From Nitrospirota bacterium (lineage in GTDB: Bacteria > Nitrospirota > UBA9217), in contig CAWCKW010000013.1 of assembly GCA_963796285.1 (NCBI GenBank), forward strand, positions 448,001 to 512,000: a stretch of 64,000 nt of DNA, read 5' to 3'. The position numbers were made by a program, and so were the translations under genes. Shown piece after piece: positions 53,204 through 62,168 of this stretch. How positions within the stretch are numbered: the first letter of the stretch is position 1; each line of letters starts with the position of its first letter. The notes beneath the pieces are model-generated. The model was not told the origin of the DNA. It was given only the letters and a program-made list of their open reading frames with translations, and did no database searches.

Positions 53204-53277
53204 CAGAATCCAGAAGCCAGGATCCAGAAGCCAGAATTAAACCTCCTGACTACTGACTCCTATCTCCTGTCTCCTGA
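53204..53277. repeat. Palindromic element with 7-nt periodic arms (CAGAAGC family)
   Basis: cagaatc cagaagc caggatc cagaagc cagaatt ... ctcctga ctactga ctcctat ctcctgt ctcctga. Confidence 0.75.
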
Positions 53278-53283
53278 GTTTAT

Positions 53284-54624
53284 TTACGCTCTCGCCTTCA
53301 GAAAGGTCGGGAGCTGGTTCGCTTCCCGGGGGCCCACGGTGATCTTCCAGCCCGGCAGCTTCTCTTCCAGCGCACCGGAGAGCACGGCCACGTAACCGGG
53401 GATGATAAGCTCCTTGTGGCTGATGCTCTTTTCCACACCGCTCTCGGAAACGAACTGGGCGATCTTGCTTGCCGTGAATTTGCCTGCTGCCCAGGCCGTG
53501 AGCACGGACAGTCCTTCATTGTCCATGACCGCGAGCCATGACGGCACCTTGCTGTTCTCCACCTCGCCGCGCACGATAAAATACGAAAGCGAGAAGTTGG
53601 TGGTGATCATGAGCGGCGAATTCTCTTTTGCGTCGCCGACCTTGTAGATATTCTGCGCGACCTGCATCGGCACCTGAGGATCGGTGTAGATGTTCTGGCG
53701 CAGCGACAGCAGCGCGAGCATCTTCCATTTTTCAACGTTGTTCAGAATGATGATGGAGGCATACTTCATTGTCCCGATGGCGGCGGCGATGCTCTCGCTT
53801 ACCGAATCGTCACGGGTCGCGAAGGTAATGACCGGATAGCCGAGGGGCTTGAAGTTCTTCTTGATCGCGGCACGCCGGATGATGGTGAAGTGCTCGATCA
53901 TGTCCTTTGCCTTGCGCGCGCCGGAGTCGAGGACCAGATCGTCAACGCCGAGCGCCTTCACCTTCTCGGACAGGGCGGTCAGAGCGTCCAGCCCGTCCGC
54001 GGCAACCGCGAGGGAGGCCTTCTTTTCTTTTGCGATCTTGGCCATGGCTTCGGCGTTCTCGGCGGTCGCGGCGTAGATGAGCGGCTTCTTGTCAGCGCAG
54101 TGCGCAATGCCCGCTTCGATGGTCGCGGGCGTCTTGCTCACGAGGATCAGCGGCACGCCCGGCGCTCCGTCAACAACCTGCTTCACGACCGAGGCGAACT
54201 TAGCCGCGTCGCCGCCCTCGTCGGTCACGGCGATCGCGTCAACCCTGAGCTTCTGGCCGACCCGGTCGATCTCAGAATGCTTTACTGCCTCGATCTTCTT
54301 TGCCGCGGCGTCGCCGGCCTCGGAGGCCTTGATCGCGACCGCGAAGATATTGGGGTTGAAGAATTTTTTCTCGTGGCGGAACATGCAGATCTCGCCGCCC
54401 ACCTTCACGGCCTTGTCGCCCGTACCGAGCGTGATGTCGCGGATCGGCGGCGCTGCCGACTCGCCCAGGATCTTCTTCGCGTCATCGGACGCGTCAGGGC
54501 AGGCATCGAGGCTCGCCTGCTTTGCGGCAAGCTTCATGGCAAAGGCGAGGCAGGTTGGATGGCCGCACTTCTTACAGTTTGTCTTCGGTAGATGCTTGAA
54601 TATTTCAATACCGGATAGTGCCAT
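53284..54624 (-). CDS. acsC: Corrinoid iron-sulfur protein large subunit
   Basis: LPKTNCKKCGHPTCLAFA, IYTDPQ, TTNFSLSY and SVLTAWAAGK motifs. Confidence 0.96.
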   Translation of the reverse strand: MALSGIEIFKHLPKTNCKKCGHPTCLAFAMKLAAKQASLDACPDASDDAKKILGESAAPPIRDITLGTGDKAVKVGGEICMFRHEKKFFNPNIFAVAIKASEAGDAAAKKIEAVKHSEIDRVGQKLRVDAIAVTDEGGDAAKFASVVKQVVDGAPGVPLILVSKTPATIEAGIAHCADKKPLIYAATAENAEAMAKIAKEKKASLAVAADGLDALTALSEKVKALGVDDLVLDSGARKAKDMIEHFTIIRRAAIKKNFKPLGYPVITFATRDDSVSESIAAAIGTMKYASIIILNNVEKWKMLALLSLRQNIYTDPQVPMQVAQNIYKVGDAKENSPLMITTNFSLSYFIVRGEVENSKVPSWLAVMDNEGLSVLTAWAAGKFTASKIAQFVSESGVEKSISHKELIIPGYVAVLSGALEEKLPGWKITVGPREANQLPTFLKARA

Positions 54625-54646
54625 GGGAAAACTCCTTTCAAGGCTT

Positions 54647-54707
54647 AACCACAGAGAGCACAGAGGAATCTCAACAGCATGAATATTTTCTCTGTGACCT
54701 CTGTGGT
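54647..54707. repeat. Palindromic element (CACAGAG family)
   Basis: aaccacagagagcacagagg ... ctctgtgacctctgtggt. Confidence 0.8.
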
Positions 54708-54720
54708 GAAATTTGTTTGA

Positions 54721-55659
54721 CTACATCAACTCTGTTATGAATTCCTTGGCCTTTGCCGCTGCGCCGGGATGGCGCATGATCAGCGTATCCGCGCCCGCCG
54801 TGATCATGGCTGATGCGGTCATGGCCTCCCAGGCGAGGGCGCGGTCTTCCAGGCCGCCCCATTCCGGCATCTCGCTTTCCGGTGCCATGGTTTCCTTGAC
54901 CTTCCAGACGTTCGCGCCGATGTCGCAGAGGATCGGGGTCTGCATCATGGGATCGTTCTGCAGGAGCGCTGCAAGACGGATGCGCTCCATCACGCTGTAG
55001 GTATATTCAAGGCCGTACCCCAGTGCCGAGGACATGGGGTCCATGATGATCTTCTCTTTGTCGAATCCCATCTGGGAAAGCAGGATATTGAGCTGTTTGG
55101 CGAGGTTCACGTCCAGCTGGCTCATGGCAATGAGCTTATGCTCGTTCGCCATTGCAGCCGCCGCAACTGTCTTGTAGTTCTCCTCCACGGCCTTGCCGAT
55201 CGCGCAGTTCTTCCCGCGCGTGGCAGCTGCCGCTGCCTGGAGCACCTGGGTGTCTTTCTCTACCGCGCCGCTGCCGAGGATGATGAGCGGGATGTCGATC
55301 GCAGCCGCGACCTCGGCCGCGACTTTGGCCGCCTCTTCAGGGCTCTTGTTCTGCTGGTCCGGGTGCGTGCCCATAAGCCGGAGCGCCACCATATCGGCGC
55401 CGCTCTGCTGGCAGAACTTTGCCCAGGCCACGGGACTCGACGCTGCTCCGCCGATCGCTTTCTTCAGGGACTCGGGCCAGTCATCGGGAGCGATATCCAT
55501 GATCTCCAGCGCGACGGCCGGCCTGTTCGGGAACGTTCCCTCGAACCCAAGGAAGGGCAGGGCGCTTGCCCCGCCGATGGTCACCGCTTTTGCGCCGGTA
55601 CCGATCTGTACGTTGTAGATCTTGCCGTTGTAGGTCTCTTTTGGTATTACGAGTGCCAT
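54721..55659 (-). CDS. acsD: Corrinoid iron-sulfur protein small subunit
   Basis: DVNLAKQLN, LGYGLEYTYSVMERIRLAAL and MRHP motifs. Confidence 0.96.
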   Translation of the reverse strand: MALVIPKETYNGKIYNVQIGTGAKAVTIGGASALPFLGFEGTFPNRPAVALEIMDIAPDDWPESLKKAIGGAASSPVAWAKFCQQSGADMVALRLMGTHPDQQNKSPEEAAKVAAEVAAAIDIPLIILGSGAVEKDTQVLQAAAAATRGKNCAIGKAVEENYKTVAAAAMANEHKLIAMSQLDVNLAKQLNILLSQMGFDKEKIIMDPMSSALGYGLEYTYSVMERIRLAALLQNDPMMQTPILCDIGANVWKVKETMAPESEMPEWGGLEDRALAWEAMTASAMITAGADTLIMRHPGAAAKAKEFITELM

Positions 55660-55698
55660 AACAACCTCCTGATTAATCTGTCCAAATCTATAAAGTCG

Positions 55699-55782
55699 GG
55701 GGTCTAAAGAATGGTCATTATAAAATGACGGGGTCTAAATGTCAAAGGTTTGTTCATGACCATTTAGATGCCCTTCAGACCC
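55699..55782. repeat. Imperfect palindromic element
   Basis: ggggtctaaa twice ... catttagatgcc, ttcagaccc. Confidence 0.5.
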
Positions 55783-55791
55783 GTTGAACGT

Positions 55792-56580
55792 CTACATGTC
55801 TAAATATGAATGGGCATACATCTTCTTGCCCATGATCATCTCGACGGTCTTCACCGTGTCCATCATGTCCTTGTCAAGCGGGTCAATGATGGCGGCCGAA
55901 AGTCCTTCGTAGATGAGCATGGTGAGAAAACTCCGGTTGATGATCGGACGCACATGCTTCGGCGCGCCGTTCGAGATGTTCGAAAGCCCGACCACGGTCT
56001 GCATCGGAGGATCGTTCAACTGCTGGAACATCTTGACGGCCCTGATCGCCTGAAGCCCCTGGTCCTGCATGGTGCAGAGCTGGAGGATGAGCGGGTCTAA
56101 GAAGAGGTGCTCCATGGGCACGTCGTGCTCCATTGCGCGGGCCATGATCTCGGCCGCGATGCCGCAGCGGTCCTCGGCATCCGCCGGGATGCTGCCTTTG
56201 CCCAGGGTAAGCGCGATGATCTTCGCCTTGTACTTGCCGGCAAGTTCCATCATCGGGAACCGCTCCGGTTCATTGGACGTGGAGTTGATGATCGGCACAC
56301 CCCACGCGTTGTTGTGAGCCTTGAGCCCTGCTTCCATGGCCTGGATATTCGTCGTATCGAGACAGAGCGGCTTGTGAACCACTTCCTGCAAAACCTTCAC
56401 CGCCCAATCCATGAGCTTGGGACCGTTCTCCTCGGCCGGACCGATGGAAATGTCGATAAAATCCGCACCTGCCTTGGCCTGCGCCACGGCAAGCTCCTGG
56501 AGCGGCTTCGGGTCGAACTTCGTAAGGGCCTCGCGCACCTTCTTTGCAATAACGCTGATCTTTTCTCCGATTATAATCAT
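55792..56580 (-). CDS. acsE: Methyltetrahydrofolate:corrinoid FeS protein methyltransferase
   Basis: MIIIGEKI, pterin-binding fold, LDPL and GLSNISNG motifs; acs context. Confidence 0.93.
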   Translation of the reverse strand: MIIIGEKISVIAKKVREALTKFDPKPLQELAVAQAKAGADFIDISIGPAEENGPKLMDWAVKVLQEVVHKPLCLDTTNIQAMEAGLKAHNNAWGVPIINSTSNEPERFPMMELAGKYKAKIIALTLGKGSIPADAEDRCGIAAEIMARAMEHDVPMEHLFLDPLILQLCTMQDQGLQAIRAVKMFQQLNDPPMQTVVGLSNISNGAPKHVRPIINRSFLTMLIYEGLSAAIIDPLDKDMMDTVKTVEMIMGKKMYAHSYLDM

Positions 56581-56717
56581 GGGCCGAAACTTCTCCTTTC
56601 AAACTGGATCGAACCTTTTTAGTAACCTGCAGATAAACGCGCTGAACAACTACAAATCTATAAATCTTGCCAAGGGTGAACACGGTTTGAGAAACGTATG
56701 ATGCTCCGCACTCCGCA

Positions 56718-57605
56718 CTACTCAACCAGTTTCTGCAGCTCCTCGGCCATATCCCGGTTGATGCTTCCTTTTTCCCTTGCGACCGAGATGGTATGCCGCG
56801 CAAGTTCTTTATAGAGACCGAGAAGCTCAGGCGTTTTTTTCTGCATTGCCTCGAGATGCCCCTGGATCGTCTCAACATCACCGCGAGCAATGGGTCCGGT
56901 CAATGCATCCGCGGTCCCGAGGGTCTCTATATTATGAAGTGTGCCCCTGATGAGCGGGAGCAGGGCCTGAAGGGTTTCCTGTCTTTCCGCACCCAGCGCC
57001 TGATAGAATTTCAGTCCATAATCGACGAGCGCTACAAAATAGTTTGAAACCGCTATTGCTCCGGCGTGATACAGCGCGGCGGAGTCCTTGTCCGGGCTCC
57101 ATTTCGACATCACCAGCTCGATGCCTCCGAGCGCTTTGACCAGGTCCCTGGCGGCTTCCAGGCCCTCCGGGTCCGCCTCTGTACGAAAATACGATCCCGG
57201 GAGATTTTTAATTCCCTGTGCAGGACTGGGAACCGACTGAAGCGGATGGATCACCGCCCGATACGATCCCGACGATCGCGCCCCGGCAAGGATATCGAGC
57301 GACTGCCCACCGAACATATGCACGACGAGCGAACCTGCCTTAAGCCCGCCTTCTGCTGCAATTTTGTCGCAGACGTTCTTGATCGCCCCGTCCGGCGTGG
57401 TGATGAAAACAATGTCTGCCGTTGATGCCGCCTTCACCACATCGGTCGTCGGTTCTCCCGAGCCGATGAAGTCAGCGGCCTTTTCAGCCGATGCCATTGA
57501 GCGTGCCGCAACGGCGGTCACGGTATACCCCGCCTTCCTCAACAGGCAACCAACGGAACTGCCGACGCGACCTGCGCCTATAATGGCGACCGTTTTAGGG
57601 GTCAT
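56718..57605 (-). CDS. Rossmann-like plus DUF2520 protein (PanG-like ketopantoate reductase)
   Basis: GAGRVG, HPLQS, YHAGA..SNY and LTGPIARGD motifs. Confidence 0.85.
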   Translation of the reverse strand: MTPKTVAIIGAGRVGSSVGCLLRKAGYTVTAVAARSMASAEKAADFIGSGEPTTDVVKAASTADIVFITTPDGAIKNVCDKIAAEGGLKAGSLVVHMFGGQSLDILAGARSSGSYRAVIHPLQSVPSPAQGIKNLPGSYFRTEADPEGLEAARDLVKALGGIELVMSKWSPDKDSAALYHAGAIAVSNYFVALVDYGLKFYQALGAERQETLQALLPLIRGTLHNIETLGTADALTGPIARGDVETIQGHLEAMQKKTPELLGLYKELARHTISVAREKGSINRDMAEELQKLVE

Positions 57606-57608
57606 AGT

Positions 57609-58379
57609 CTACGGGATCAGTTTGTCAAGAACCGAATAAAAACTGGCAAGGGCCCTTGATTCCGGCGGAAGCTGAATCAGCGGTTTGCCGTTCAGATCGT
57701 ATTCAAAGATCAGCTCATCGGCTGGAACAAATCCTGCGAACTCGACGCTCTGCTGCTCGATCGCGTTCAGGAGCGATTTGTCCTCGCTCGTCCCGTTCTG
57801 TACCCGGTTCACGATCAAGACCGAGCGTTTGATGTTCAATTTCAGCTCTTTTACCAACTCGCCGATCCGGCCTGCGGTCATGATGCCGCGAACCGAGGAA
57901 TCGCTGATAATCATGAGCAGGTCCGTGTCCTGCGTCGTGCGTCGCGACAGATGTTCGAGGCCTGCCTCGTTGTCCATGACGGTGAAGGGATACGTGTCGG
58001 CCAGCTTGTCCATGTACTTGCGGATGATGTTGTTCGCCGCGCAGTAGCAGCCGGAACCTTCGGGCCTTCCCATCACGAGCAGGTCGAAGCCTTTTGCCTC
58101 TATCAATGCCTGCTGGATCTGGTAGTCGAAGAGCTGCTCCATGCTCATGCCGCCCGGACGGGGCGCCGTGGACTTGATCGCTTCGAGAGAGGTTTCGCGC
58201 AGTTTCCCGACGGTGGCGTGGACCTTCACGCCGAGCACATCGTTCAGATTCGCATTCGCGTCTGCATCAACGGCCAATATCGCGCCGCGCCTTTTTTCTG
58301 TCAAATATCGTATGGTCAGACCGCAGAGGCTGGTCTTGCCTGTGCCGCCCTTGCCTGCAACCGCTATGGTAAAACCCAT
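57609..58379 (-). CDS. cooC: CooC/AcsF-type nickel insertion ATPase
   Basis: GKGGTGKT, GRPEGSGCYC and DNEAGLEHLSR motifs. Confidence 0.93.
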   Translation of the reverse strand: MGFTIAVAGKGGTGKTSLCGLTIRYLTEKRRGAILAVDADANANLNDVLGVKVHATVGKLRETSLEAIKSTAPRPGGMSMEQLFDYQIQQALIEAKGFDLLVMGRPEGSGCYCAANNIIRKYMDKLADTYPFTVMDNEAGLEHLSRRTTQDTDLLMIISDSSVRGIMTAGRIGELVKELKLNIKRSVLIVNRVQNGTSEDKSLLNAIEQQSVEFAGFVPADELIFEYDLNGKPLIQLPPESRALASFYSVLDKLIP

Positions 58380-58395
58380 GGGACCTCGAACAACT

Positions 58396-58461
58396 GGGTC
58401 AAGGGTCATGGGACAAGGGTCAAAAGAATTTACCTGACCCATGACCCCTGCCCCTTGCCCC
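58396..58461. repeat. Palindromic element with 7-nt periodic arms (GGGTCAA family)
   Basis: gggtcaa gggtcat gggacaa gggtcaa ... ctgaccc atgaccc ctgcccc ttgcccc. Confidence 0.8.
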
Positions 58462-58462
58462 G

Positions 58463-59194
58463 CTATTTCTTCATTACTCCGAACTTCTTCCTGACCTCTT
58501 CGATCTTGCCGCAGGTCATCTTGCCCTCGGGGCACGCGGCGTACAGACAACCGGGGCCTGATTTCCCGAAGATCGTCGGCGCGGCCTTTTTCACGTGGGC
58601 CAGCATGCGGTCGGCCATTTCCCGGATCTCCCACTGCGCCCGGTTGCAGCACCGCACGCGAAAGAAATGGAGAAGCTCCCGCGCGTTCATGGTGACCACT
58701 ATTTTTGTCTCGGCCGCGTTCGGCAGCAGATACCGCGCGTCCTGCTGGCCGACCTCACCCTTGTATCCGAGCTCCTCGAGCCGCTTGAGCACCTTCGTGT
58801 AGTTCTCCTGCGCCTCTGCCATGCACTTCTCGAACTCCCGGGAGATCGCGGCGTCCTGTTTGATGCTCGGAGGAATAATATAATCGAAATGCTCTTCCTT
58901 CACATAGCGCTGGCTCTGCTGCGAGTACGACGCCACGCGGTGACGGACAAGCTGATGCGAGCAGGCCCGGGAGATGCCTTCGATCCCGAAGGTGAACGAA
59001 ACATGCTCGATGGGAGAAAGGTGCCCGATGGTCGCCAGTTTCTCCACAAAGGCCGCCTGGTCCTTGGCCTCGATCTTCTCCTTGAGCTCCTCAACACCCG
59101 CAGCACTGTAGCAGAGCTTCGCGGCCATGGCCACGACTTCTTCGGGTTCCGGCGTATGCCGGAGAAGAACGACGTTCAATGATGCTTCTGGCAT
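58463..59194 (-). CDS. thyX: FAD-dependent thymidylate synthase
   Basis: GHLSPIEH, HQLVRHRVASYSQQSQRY and AQWEIR motifs. Confidence 0.96.
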   Translation of the reverse strand: MPEASLNVVLLRHTPEPEEVVAMAAKLCYSAAGVEELKEKIEAKDQAAFVEKLATIGHLSPIEHVSFTFGIEGISRACSHQLVRHRVASYSQQSQRYVKEEHFDYIIPPSIKQDAAISREFEKCMAEAQENYTKVLKRLEELGYKGEVGQQDARYLLPNAAETKIVVTMNARELLHFFRVRCCNRAQWEIREMADRMLAHVKKAAPTIFGKSGPGCLYAACPEGKMTCGKIEEVRKKFGVMKK

Positions 59195-59272
59195 GATCCC
59201 CTCCCCTCAGAAAGCCCCTCCGCACCCTGGTGAGCAAGAAAAGGGGGTAAAAACGGATGATAAAGGAATGAT

Positions 59273-59302
59273 ATTATAGCGAGCCGCTGTCTCATGAGTC
59301 AA
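59273..59302 (-). promoter_or_regulatory. Sigma70-like promoter upstream of thyX
   Basis: Minus strand TTGACT-18 bp-TATAAT. Confidence 0.55.
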
Positions 59303-59422
59303 GAAAAAATAAGGAGACCCCTGTGAATTTTTTTAATTAACCTATAAATTTGATTGATAAAATTAACCGGCGCTGCCCAAAAATCGGTCAGATTGTTACG
59401 AATATACCTGTGTTTGATAGGA

Positions 59423-60223
59423 TTATTTAAAGCTGTGTTCTTCGGAAGGGAATTTTCCGTTCTCAACATCCTGCTTATACTCTTTTACCGCCTTGAGAGC
59501 CTGATCCTTAAGGTTTACGTACTTCTTGACGAACTTGGGTGTAAACCTGTCGAACAACCCCAGCACATCATGGAGAACGAGTACCTGACCATCGCAATCC
59601 GGTCCGGCACCGATCCCGATGGTCGGGATATGGAGCATCGTCTGGATCTCTTTTGCCAGGGAAACAGGCATGGCCTCAAGCACCACGGAGAAGGCGCCTG
59701 CGTCCTGGACCGACCGCGCGTCAGCAAGGATCTTCTCACGGGTGGCCTCGTCCTTGCCCTGTACCTTGAATCCGCCGAGGGTATGCATATACTGCGGAGT
59801 GAGCCCGATATGGGCCATGACGGGAATACCGGCATCGACGATCGCCCGGATGGCCTCTGCCATCTGGCTGCCGCCTTCAAGCTTCACTGCCTCGGCGCCG
59901 GCTTCTTTCAGGAACCGCCCGGCGTTGCGCACTGCGTCAGCCTTGTCTGTCTGATAGGACAGGAACGGCATGTCGCCCACGACCATGGCAGACACTGCCC
60001 CGCGCGATACCATTTTCGTGTGGTAGATCATCTCGTCCATGGTGACCGGCAACGTGCTCGATACGCCCTGCACCACCATGCCGAGGGAATCCCCGACGAG
60101 GATCATGTCGATCCCGGCCTGGTCCACGATCTGGGCAGTGGGATAATCGTAGGCCGTGAGCATGGTGATCTTCCTGCCTTCGGCCTTTTTCTTATAGATA
60201 TCGAGGATGGTTGTCTTCGGCAT
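59423..60223 (-). CDS. panB: 3-methyl-2-oxobutanoate hydroxymethyltransferase
   Basis: TAYD, LVGDSLG, KLEGG, HIGLTPQ and IGIGAG motifs. Confidence 0.97.
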   Translation of the reverse strand: MPKTTILDIYKKKAEGRKITMLTAYDYPTAQIVDQAGIDMILVGDSLGMVVQGVSSTLPVTMDEMIYHTKMVSRGAVSAMVVGDMPFLSYQTDKADAVRNAGRFLKEAGAEAVKLEGGSQMAEAIRAIVDAGIPVMAHIGLTPQYMHTLGGFKVQGKDEATREKILADARSVQDAGAFSVVLEAMPVSLAKEIQTMLHIPTIGIGAGPDCDGQVLVLHDVLGLFDRFTPKFVKKYVNLKDQALKAVKEYKQDVENGKFPSEEHSFK

Positions 60224-60232
60224 AATCTTATT

Positions 60233-60330
60233 TCGGATTGCGGAATGCGGATTGCGGAATAAACCTGTAAACCGTAAACTCCTCATAATGTCCGTAGAAT
60301 CCTCAATTTCCAATCCGCTATTCCGCATCC
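60233..60330. repeat. Palindromic element with 7-nt periodic arms (GCGGAAT family)
   Basis: tcggatt gcggaat gcggatt gcggaat ... caatccg ctattccg catcc. Confidence 0.7.
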
Positions 60331-61302
60331 TTACACCTGCGGCCTTGGATACAATCCCGCTGCCTTCACGATCCCTTCGATGGCGCTCTCCCATTCAATG
60401 GCCTGGATATGCACGCCCCTTACCCCCGGCGTCTCCAGCAGCCTGGTGGATGAGCTCGATCGTGATCTTGATGCCTTCCTGCTCCTGAAGCTCCTTCATC
60501 TTCTTCTTATCTTCACCGGCGGCGGCCTTTGCCTTGTTCATCCTGTCGATCAGCTCTTTCGGCACGGACACGCCGGCAACGGAGGAGTCCATGTACTTCA
60601 GCATCATTGCGCTCTTCGGCACGATGATGCCGGCGAGGATCGCGGTCTTTTCATGGAGGCCCATGTTCCGGATCTTTGCCATCTGCTCGCGGAAAGACCC
60701 GATATCATAAATACCCTGGGTCTGGATGAAATCGGCGCCGGCATTCACTTTCTTCATGAGATTGATCGGCCTGAAATCGATGGGATCGGCCATGGGTGTC
60801 CAGGACGCGCCGATAAAGAACTTGGGCGGCACTTCGATCGGGTCGCCGCCGTCCTGCTTGCCCTCGTCGCGCATTTTCTTCATGATGCCGACGAGCTGGC
60901 AGGTATCGACATCATACACATTCTTTGCCCCGGGATGGCCCTTGAGCCTTCCCGCTGCGCTGAATTTCTGATGGTCACCGGCAAGGCAAAGACAGTTCTT
61001 AAGCCCAGCGCCGCGGCGCCGAGAAGGTCGGCCTGCATGGCAATGCGGTTACGGTCGCGGCAGGTCATCTGCATGACCGGTTCCAGGCCCTGCTGCAATG
61101 CGATGGCCGCAGCCGCGATGCTCGAGATGCGGACGACCGCGGTCTGGCAATCCGTGATGTTCGCCGCATCGCAGAAGCCCTTGAGCATCTGCGCTTTCTT
61201 GATGACCTCATGGGGATCGGCGCTCATCGGAGGGCCGAGCTCTGCCGTGACCGCGGGCTTGCCGCTGGCGATGACTTTTTCGAGTGTGCTTCCGCTCTTC
61301 AT
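60331..61302 (-). CDS. metF: Methylenetetrahydrofolate reductase with two apparent frameshifts (~61000 and ~60443)
   Basis: [20 protein letters not shown], reconstructed [15 protein letters not shown] and [10 protein letters not shown]; stop at 60331. Confidence 0.9.
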
Positions 61303-61341
61303 TATCTAAACCTCCAAAATGGTAACGTCAAAATCATTTTT

Positions 61342-61413
61342 ACCGCAGAGTCGCGGAGGACGCAGAAGAACTACTTGAATCATCTTCCTCTGTGTCTCTG
61401 TGTACTCCGCGGT
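61342..61413. repeat. Palindromic element (CGCAGAG family)
   Basis: accgcagagtcgcggaggacgcagaag ... ctctgtgtctctgtgtactccgcggt. Confidence 0.75.
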
Positions 61414-61425
61414 AAAAAGGTTATA

Positions 61426-62127
61426 TTACTTCCCGGCCTTCGCCTCTTCCTTCTCCTCGTATTCCCGGATATGCTCCAGCGATATGCGCCGCGGTCCGCC
61501 GTCGCGGGATGTTGACCAGTTGCGCGGCGGCAGGACCTCGGAGAGTTTCTCGAGCGTGCCGAGCTTCTTCATCCGCTCGACGATGAGGTACCAGGCGCAG
61601 TCCACGTCCTTGCTGATCTCGCACTTGCCCTTGTTCGTGCCGCCGCAGGGGCCGTTCATGAGCGTCTTGGCGCAGCGCGCAATGGGGCAGATTCCGCCGG
61701 TCATGTGCACGATGCAGTTCCCGCATCCCGCGCAGAGTTCCTTGAAATCGCCCGGCGCTTCCACGGCGCCGTAGAACGAGGTGTTGATGCCCGGATAGAC
61801 CGGGACGGTGCCGGTCCGGTCGGACAGGAAGTTCACCCCCACGCCGCAGGCCGTGGAGAGCACGAGGTCATACTTCTTCACCTCGTCGATCACGGGCTCG
61901 AAATACTCCGGCTCGCAATGGCGCATGACGCCCATGTGGTTCACCACCATGGATTTACCTTCCTGCGATGCCTTCATTTTGATGAGGGACGCAATGGTCT
62001 CGGCCTCTTTTTCGCCGCCAGCATGGCAGATCGCCACACAGGTATTGCAGCCGAACACGAGGACCTTTTTGAAGTCCTTTACCATGTTCCATATTTCGTC
62101 GATTGGTTTTTGTGATCCTACGATCAT
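61426..62127 (-). CDS. metV: MetV, small FeS/Zn subunit of methylene-THF reductase
   Basis: GCNTCVAIC, CGVGV, CAGCGNC, CPIARCAK..NGPCGG and CAW motifs. Confidence 0.9.
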   Translation of the reverse strand: MIVGSQKPIDEIWNMVKDFKKVLVFGCNTCVAICHAGGEKEAETIASLIKMKASQEGKSMVVNHMGVMRHCEPEYFEPVIDEVKKYDLVLSTACGVGVNFLSDRTGTVPVYPGINTSFYGAVEAPGDFKELCAGCGNCIVHMTGGICPIARCAKTLMNGPCGGTNKGKCEISKDVDCAWYLIVERMKKLGTLEKLSEVLPPRNWSTSRDGGPRRISLEHIREYEEKEEAKAGK

Positions 62128-62168
62128 AGTCAATTACTCCTTTATATCGTACTCATTGGCACAAGCAG

